This document shows positions 59,186 through 64,000 of a stretch of DNA of 64,000 nt, piece by piece; within the stretch, counting starts at the first letter, position 1; each line of letters opens with the position of its first letter. Origin of the DNA: Pirellulales bacterium (lineage in GTDB: Bacteria; Planctomycetota; Planctomycetia; Pirellulales; Pirellulaceae); assembly GCA_046349875.1 (NCBI GenBank), contig JAXMBN010000022.1, positions 34,274 to 98,273 of the forward strand, read 5' to 3'. Position numbers and translations under genes: made by a program. The notes beneath the pieces were generated by a model. It worked only from the letters and a program-made list of their open reading frames with translations. It was not told where the DNA came from and did not search any database.

Positions 59186-59683
59186 TTACTTCTTGGTTGG
59201 TTTGGAAACGTGCTGATCGATCAGAATGGGGTTTCCGTCGGGATCCACTAACGTGACGAAAGCTGGGCCGGTCGACGACTCGTCAGCCGTTGCCCCCAAC
59301 GTGAAACCACGCTTCTTGAGCTCTTGCTGGATCTCGCGGACATCTTGAAAATCGGTAAGGGTATTTTTGTCGCGGTCCCATCCCGGGTTATACGTCAACG
59401 AATTCTTCTCGAACATACCTTGAAACAACCCGATCGTACTGGTGTCATTTTGCAGAACCACGTACTTCCGCTTGATGTCGCCTCCACTCACTTTGAACCC
59501 CAGCTTTTCATAAAAGTCTTTGGATGCCTGGATATCCTTGACAGTCAAGCTGATCGAAAAATTGCCGAGTTGAAGATCGGATTTTTCGGAAGCTGCAAAC
59601 TCGACTTCGGAAGGGGAGAGGACGGGATAGAGCGACCAACCTACGAGAGCAAAAACGAAACAGGAAATGGCGTATCGCATCAA
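59186..59683 (-). CDS. VOC (glyoxalase/bleomycin-resistance fold) family protein with a signal peptide.
   Basis: MMRYAISCFVFALVGWS leader. VOC-like blocks ISLTVKDIQASKDFYEKLGFKV...FVTLVDPDGNPILI. Confidence 0.7.
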   Translation of the reverse strand: MMRYAISCFVFALVGWSLYPVLSPSEVEFAASEKSDLQLGNFSISLTVKDIQASKDFYEKLGFKVSGGDIKRKYVVLQNDTSTIGLFQGMFEKNSLTYNPGWDRDKNTLTDFQDVREIQQELKKRGFTLGATADESSTGPAFVTLVDPDGNPILIDQHVSKPTKK

Positions 59684-59754
59684 CTAACTCCTTGGTGAAT
59701 AATAGGGTGAACGCCGACATGATAGCCCAATCCCCGATTCCTTCTTGACAAATC

Positions 59755-60675
59755 TTGCGATCTCCAAAGAAATCTCGCTCATCGACCATTCCCAGCTACT
59801 TAGAACGCATCAATCGAGTGCTTGATCGGATCTATTCGGACTTGGCTGCCCCCGTGCGGCTTGCCGATCTGGCAGAACTCGCAGATCTTTCACCGTTTCA
59901 CTTTCACCGCGTATTTCAAGCCATGGTAGGCGAAACTCCCAGTGATTTTGTGAAACGCCTTCGTCTCGAGAAAGCAGTCTCGATCATGAGCCATGGCAAG
60001 CACAAGTCATTGACTGCCGTGGCATTGGAATGCGGCTTCACCAGTTCTTCCGACTTCACAAGAAGCTTTAAACTTCGCTATGGAGTCGCCCCCAGCAAGT
60101 TTGATGTCGCTCAATGGCAAGCTCAACAGGAAAGGAAGATTGCGATCGCGGCAAGCCAATCGCCGTTTCATGTTGCCAAGCCACTACCGCGTTCGAATCC
60201 CGATCATTTCCGCGTACGCATTCGGGAACTACCACCGCGTTACGTCGCTTACATTCGCGTCTCCAATCCCTATCAAGGGGACGGAGTCGTGCAGGCGGCG
60301 CATCGCCTGATGGACTGGGCCGACAAGCATCATCTAGCCGATGGTCAATGGCTCGGCTATCAATACGAGAATCCTAAAGTAACCGCTCTCGAATCCTGCC
60401 ATTACTACGTCGCCGTTGAGGTTCCTTTCAAGATAGCGACCGACCGCGACGTTGGATGGTTTCGCTTCCCCGCCATGAAGGTCGCAGAGATCGAGATGAA
60501 GGGGGACATTCAAATGGAGATTCGGCTCTTTCAGTGGCTCTATGGCAGTTGGCTTCCACGAAGCAATTACCGGCCAGCCGATTTTCCAGGTTTTGAAGTT
60601 TGGAACGGCCGCCCATTCGCCCACGGCTATGAATACTTCGAGCTTCGTATTCATCTACCGATCCAAGAGTTGTAG
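59755..60675 (+). CDS. AraC-family transcriptional regulator with a C-terminal GyrI-like effector-binding domain.
   Basis: AraC HTH ([39 protein letters not shown]...[13 protein letters not shown]) followed by a ~150-aa GyrI-like region. Confidence 0.75.
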   Translation: MRSPKKSRSSTIPSYLERINRVLDRIYSDLAAPVRLADLAELADLSPFHFHRVFQAMVGETPSDFVKRLRLEKAVSIMSHGKHKSLTAVALECGFTSSSDFTRSFKLRYGVAPSKFDVAQWQAQQERKIAIAASQSPFHVAKPLPRSNPDHFRVRIRELPPRYVAYIRVSNPYQGDGVVQAAHRLMDWADKHHLADGQWLGYQYENPKVTALESCHYYVAVEVPFKIATDRDVGWFRFPAMKVAEIEMKGDIQMEIRLFQWLYGSWLPRSNYRPADFPGFEVWNGRPFAHGYEYFELRIHLPIQEL

Positions 60676-60770
60676 ATGATTCAAGGGCCTGGCCAAGCGA
60701 CATCCGAATGAGAATTCATGATATAACGAATCGACACGGTTTTTTCTCTCTCAAATTATTGGAGCCCATC

Positions 60771-61358
60771 ATGGCCTGGTCGATCTCAACGCTTCTAAGC
60801 GTGGTTCTGGCAACGTCGATTGGGCTACCAGCTTTCGCATACGCACCACCTTCATCGAAACCGAATTTCGTCATCATCTTGGCGGATGATCTTGGCTATG
60901 GAGATATGCAATGCAACAATCCAGAACGAGGTAAGATTCGTACGCCGCATATGGATGGCTTAGCGGCAAGTGGGATGCGTTTTACCGACGGGCACTCCAG
61001 TTCTGGATGTTGTTCTCCCTCACGATACACGTTGCTCACCGGACGATACCATTGGCGAACGTCTTTGCAGTCGGGTATTGTGCCCGTATGGGGAAAGCCG
61101 CTCATCGCTGAAAACCGCATGACCATTGCATCGCTTGCTGCCAGTCAAGGGTATTCGACGGCTTGTATTGGCAAATGGCACCTCGGAAGAGATTGGCCGA
61201 TTACTCCAGAACAAAAGCCGCACTTTACGGGCTTCGGCGGGCAAGGGGGTGGTGGAGGCAAGGTGGAAACCAGAAATTACCGATGCCTTTCCGAAAACTT
61301 GGCAGGCTGTCTTTTCCAAACGCATTCCCAGTGGACTAACCGAGCGCGGCTTTCTTAG
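60771..61358 (+). CDS. Arylsulfatase-family (formylglycine-dependent sulfatase) N-terminal fragment.
   Basis: Signal peptide [25 protein letters not shown]. Metal-binding start [15 protein letters not shown]. FGly motif [20 protein letters not shown]. Reads out of frame after a GGGGG run (61255-61259). In-frame TAG at 61356. Confidence 0.7.
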   Translation: MAWSISTLLSVVLATSIGLPAFAYAPPSSKPNFVIILADDLGYGDMQCNNPERGKIRTPHMDGLAASGMRFTDGHSSSGCCSPSRYTLLTGRYHWRTSLQSGIVPVWGKPLIAENRMTIASLAASQGYSTACIGKWHLGRDWPITPEQKPHFTGFGGQGGGGGKVETRNYRCLSENLAGCLFQTHSQWTNRARLS

Positions 61359-62330
61359 CAATACTTTGGTACCGACGTGCCGAATTGGCCACCTTATTGT
61401 TTCATCGAAAAGGATCGCACGCTCGGAATACCCAGTGAACTTCTTCCGGCATCGAAGTTGGTCAAGAATCAAGCGAGCTTGCAAGGGCCGAGCCTTCCTG
61501 ACTGGCAGTTGGAAAACATTCTTCCATCTTTGGCTTCTCGCGCTGAACTTTTTATCCATCAGCAATCGCAAGCTCAAACTCCGTTCCTTCTCTACCTTCC
61601 TCTCACATCACCGCACACGCCCTTGGCAGTGAATAGTACTTGGAAAGGCAAGAGTGGCCTTCAAAGCGATTACGCCGACTTGGTTATGGAAACCGATGAA
61701 GTGGTCGGTCGCGTCCTGCAAGCGATTCGAACTGCAGGAGTCGAAGACAATACCTTTGTACTCTTCACTTCAGACAATGGATGCGCGAACTACATCGGTG
61801 TCAAAGAAATGGAAACGCAAGGCCATTATCCGAGCGGACCGCTTCGCGACTACAAGACTTCGGTGTACGAAGGGGGCCATCGCGTTCCTTATGTGATTCG
61901 ATGGCCGGGAGTCGTCCGTCCAGGTACCGTATGCAATCAACTCGTTCTTCATGCGGACCTCATCGCTACGATGGCCGAGATATTTGAACGTCCGTTGCCG
62001 CCTGATGCCGGTGAAGACAGCTTCAGCCTGATGCCGTTGCTTCAAGGTGGCATGCAACCGATTCGCTCGCACAGCGTGAACACGGCTTGCAATGGACTCC
62101 CCAGCTACCGCGAGGGACACTGGAAATATGTCGCGAAGGAAGAGCCCGAACTTTACAACCTAGAGAAGGACCTGCGGGAATCGGAGAATCTAGCTGCTCA
62201 AGAACCGGCTCGCGTTCAAGCGATGCAAGAATCGTTCGAAAAGATTATCCGTGCTGGTCGAAGTACTCCAGGGCCTCAGCAAAAAAACGACATCAAAGTT
62301 GTTCGTTATCCGAAAGCGAAATCCTCGTAA
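61359..62330 (+). CDS. Arylsulfatase-family C-terminal fragment, the same gene as 60771-61358.
   Basis: TDVPNWPPYCFIEKDR...PFLLYLPLTSPHTP...LFTSDNG...YEGGHRVPYVIRWPG, conserved sulfatase blocks. An intervening ~90-nt stretch reads in frame 1. Confidence 0.7.
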   Translation, partial: QYFGTDVPNWPPYCFIEKDRTLGIPSELLPASKLVKNQASLQGPSLPDWQLENILPSLASRAELFIHQQSQAQTPFLLYLPLTSPHTPLAVNSTWKGKSGLQSDYADLVMETDEVVGRVLQAIRTAGVEDNTFVLFTSDNGCANYIGVKEMETQGHYPSGPLRDYKTSVYEGGHRVPYVIRWPGVVRPGTVCNQLVLHADLIATMAEIFERPLPPDAGEDSFSLMPLLQGGMQPIRSHSVNTACNGLPSYREGHWKYVAKEEPELYNLEKDLRESENLAAQEPARVQAMQESFEKIIRAGRSTPGPQQKNDIKVVRYPKAKSS

Positions 62331-62405
62331 AACAATCGCACCGATCGTTGATTTATAGAAGCGGATATTGTCCGCGATTGGGATAATCGCACGACCTATC
62401 CACTA

Positions 62406-63194
62406 CTAATCAAAGAGCCACTCGACAATTTTGTTGACGCCAACAAAATAGGCGACGGCCACAGGTGGAAACGTCATCCAGACAAAAATATTCCAAAGCG
62501 AAAACTGAAACGGTACGACTGCAGCCGATGGATCCCACAAGTCATGCTCCATCCTTCGACTAGCTCGCTCAATCGAAAACGCCAAGCCCACTAGAGCAAT
62601 CATCGAGACGTAGTAGCCGATTTGTGCACTCCCAAAAAGGCACGACATTTGGACCACGAACATCGCTCCTAAAACCCACGTGTACCGAAGCCTAGCCCAA
62701 GCCTGGAAAGGTCGTTGCTGCATCCATGCCTTGCCAATCCAAGCTAGCGCCACAGCCAAAGTCACCAAATCATAGAGAACGAATTCGAGCATTTCCCGGT
62801 AGCTCTCGATCGTGTTAAAAAGTTGGAATCCGAATGCGATTCCTACCCACACCAGTGTGCAAATGAATTCGACGTGAAACGCATTCCACCACCATGTTCT
62901 TGTTGCAAAGAGAGCTGCCAAGGTTAAAAGAAAAGCAGCCGAAAGACCATTACCGTAAATCAATAAGAGACTCAGGCTCCCGAATATGTCCATCGCCGTT
63001 GCGCCGGGTTCAAAGCACCGAACATTTTCGACGGGATAAACGAGACTTCCATTGCATCCTTTAGCCACCGGCAACCACAGGCAAGCCATCAACAACAAAC
63101 CCAATCCATAGAATGGCCATACCGTTCGACTAGCCATCCCCTTAGCTTTGATCAATCCTTCAGTCTTGGTGTTTGACTCTACCGTTTCATTCAT
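62406..63194 (-). CDS. Hypothetical polytopic membrane protein.
   Basis: 262-aa ORF with at least 7 hydrophobic helices. No motif. Confidence 0.5.
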   Translation of the reverse strand: MNETVESNTKTEGLIKAKGMASRTVWPFYGLGLLLMACLWLPVAKGCNGSLVYPVENVRCFEPGATAMDIFGSLSLLLIYGNGLSAAFLLTLAALFATRTWWWNAFHVEFICTLVWVGIAFGFQLFNTIESYREMLEFVLYDLVTLAVALAWIGKAWMQQRPFQAWARLRYTWVLGAMFVVQMSCLFGSAQIGYYVSMIALVGLAFSIERASRRMEHDLWDPSAAVVPFQFSLWNIFVWMTFPPVAVAYFVGVNKIVEWLFD

Positions 63195-63249
63195 GCTACA
63201 AGTCGACCAGCCCTGTTTCTGAAGTGTTCTTCATCCGGATCGAAGTATT

Positions 63250-64000
63250 TTATTCCACCGACTGGAAAACTTCTGGAGACATGCCAAATTTGGCGGGCAA
63301 GGGGATATTTTGAAAAGAGGGATCCTCACCGCGAATCGCTTCCCAACGCATTAGTTGATGCGTTCCTTTCATGGTGGATATCGTGGGGACTTTCATCGAT
63401 TCACTGGCGTTCTTGCTCCAATCCATCTTCAATACCAACAAATTAGCGTCGTCGTTTCCGAATGTCACTTCTTTCGTGATTTGGTAACACTTTCTATTCG
63501 CCTCCTGATCGGGACATCGCGGTAGTGCGGTTCCATTGAGCCACGCACCTTGGATTGGTCCTTCGACTGCTAGCACGGCCGTCGTTTCCAACAATCCATG
63601 GGCAAAACGGACTGCACACCGGAGGTGAACGATTCCATCTTGATCCTTTCCTACAGGGTTCCACTTCAACTTTCCCTCATTGGCGGCAACGGCTACATGC
63701 TGCCACTCCTTCCTTTCAGGGTTCGGATTGGGAAGGTTCGCAATGGCTCGTTGATCACCCTGAAATCGAAAGGGCTTGCCTCCTAGGATCTGATCGCTGG
63801 TAATGGTTGGGCAAATCATTTTCTCGACATACGCGAACATGAGATCATTGCCCGAAAAATGATCCACAAATGGCCAGCGTTTGGGATTGTACATGCAGTC
63901 AGTCATATCCCGAACCAATACCACCTCCATTTTTTGTTTGACCATTTGACGCAAACCAAAAGGGCGTCCCAGTACGCACATGTTTGTGTGCACACCAAGC
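63250..64000 (-). CDS. Hypothetical protein, 3' portion. The ORF is open to the window edge.
   Basis: Minus ORF ending at 63250. The listed Met at 63993 is only the first in-window Met. Protein-like composition. Confidence 0.45.
   Translation of the reverse strand, partial: LGVHTNMCVLGRPFGLRQMVKQKMEVVLVRDMTDCMYNPKRWPFVDHFSGNDLMFAYVEKMICPTITSDQILGGKPFRFQGDQRAIANLPNPNPERKEWQHVAVAANEGKLKWNPVGKDQDGIVHLRCAVRFAHGLLETTAVLAVEGPIQGAWLNGTALPRCPDQEANRKCYQITKEVTFGNDDANLLVLKMDWSKNASESMKVPTISTMKGTHQLMRWEAIRGEDPSFQNIPLPAKFGMSPEVFQSVE

Overview
This 64-kb window looks planctomycete-like. It carries ECF sigma factor / Ser-Thr kinase pairs, PQQ-type beta-propeller secreted proteins, a DUF1552 (HXXSHH) gene end, and a BlaI / giant BlaR1 pair. 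GC content is moderate, read by eye at roughly 50-55%. I see about 35 intact genes. They include folE2, a 1125-aa hybrid histidine kinase, two ECF sigma / STK modules, BlaI/BlaR1 (M56), an SPFH protein, ArsR-SRPBCC, TetR, an AraC/GyrI regulator, a VOC protein, a SIMPL protein and a DHFR-family protein.

Two things stand out. First, a 1.6-kb insertion-sequence-like element (2457-4045) carries a 410-aa Y1 HUH (IS200/RAYT-like) transposase and is bounded by nested inverted pairs of a ~27-bp repeat. Second, a module matching the E. coli yehL/M/P/Q and actinobacterial SWIM/AAA/DUF5682/VWA cluster (function unknown) spans 7967-20793. Its SWIM zinc-finger gene is intact. A block of 3-4 unknown genes (10066-14923) lies between SWIM and the rest. 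The MoxR-like AAA ATPase, a DUF5682-sized region and the VWA gene are all split across reading frames.

Frameshifts also interrupt folE2, a class I aminotransferase, a ~1480-aa PAS/HK/REC gene, a SAM methyltransferase, the SRPBCC gene and a sulfatase. Many sit in homopolymer runs, which suggests sequencing or assembly indels. They are strongly clustered, because roughly 40 kb of other long ORFs are clean, so local gene decay is the alternative. A tRNA-like sequence at 58588-58662 has a non-pairing 5' acceptor arm, and a rho-independent terminator is visible at 58863-58900. No CRISPR array or rRNA is present.
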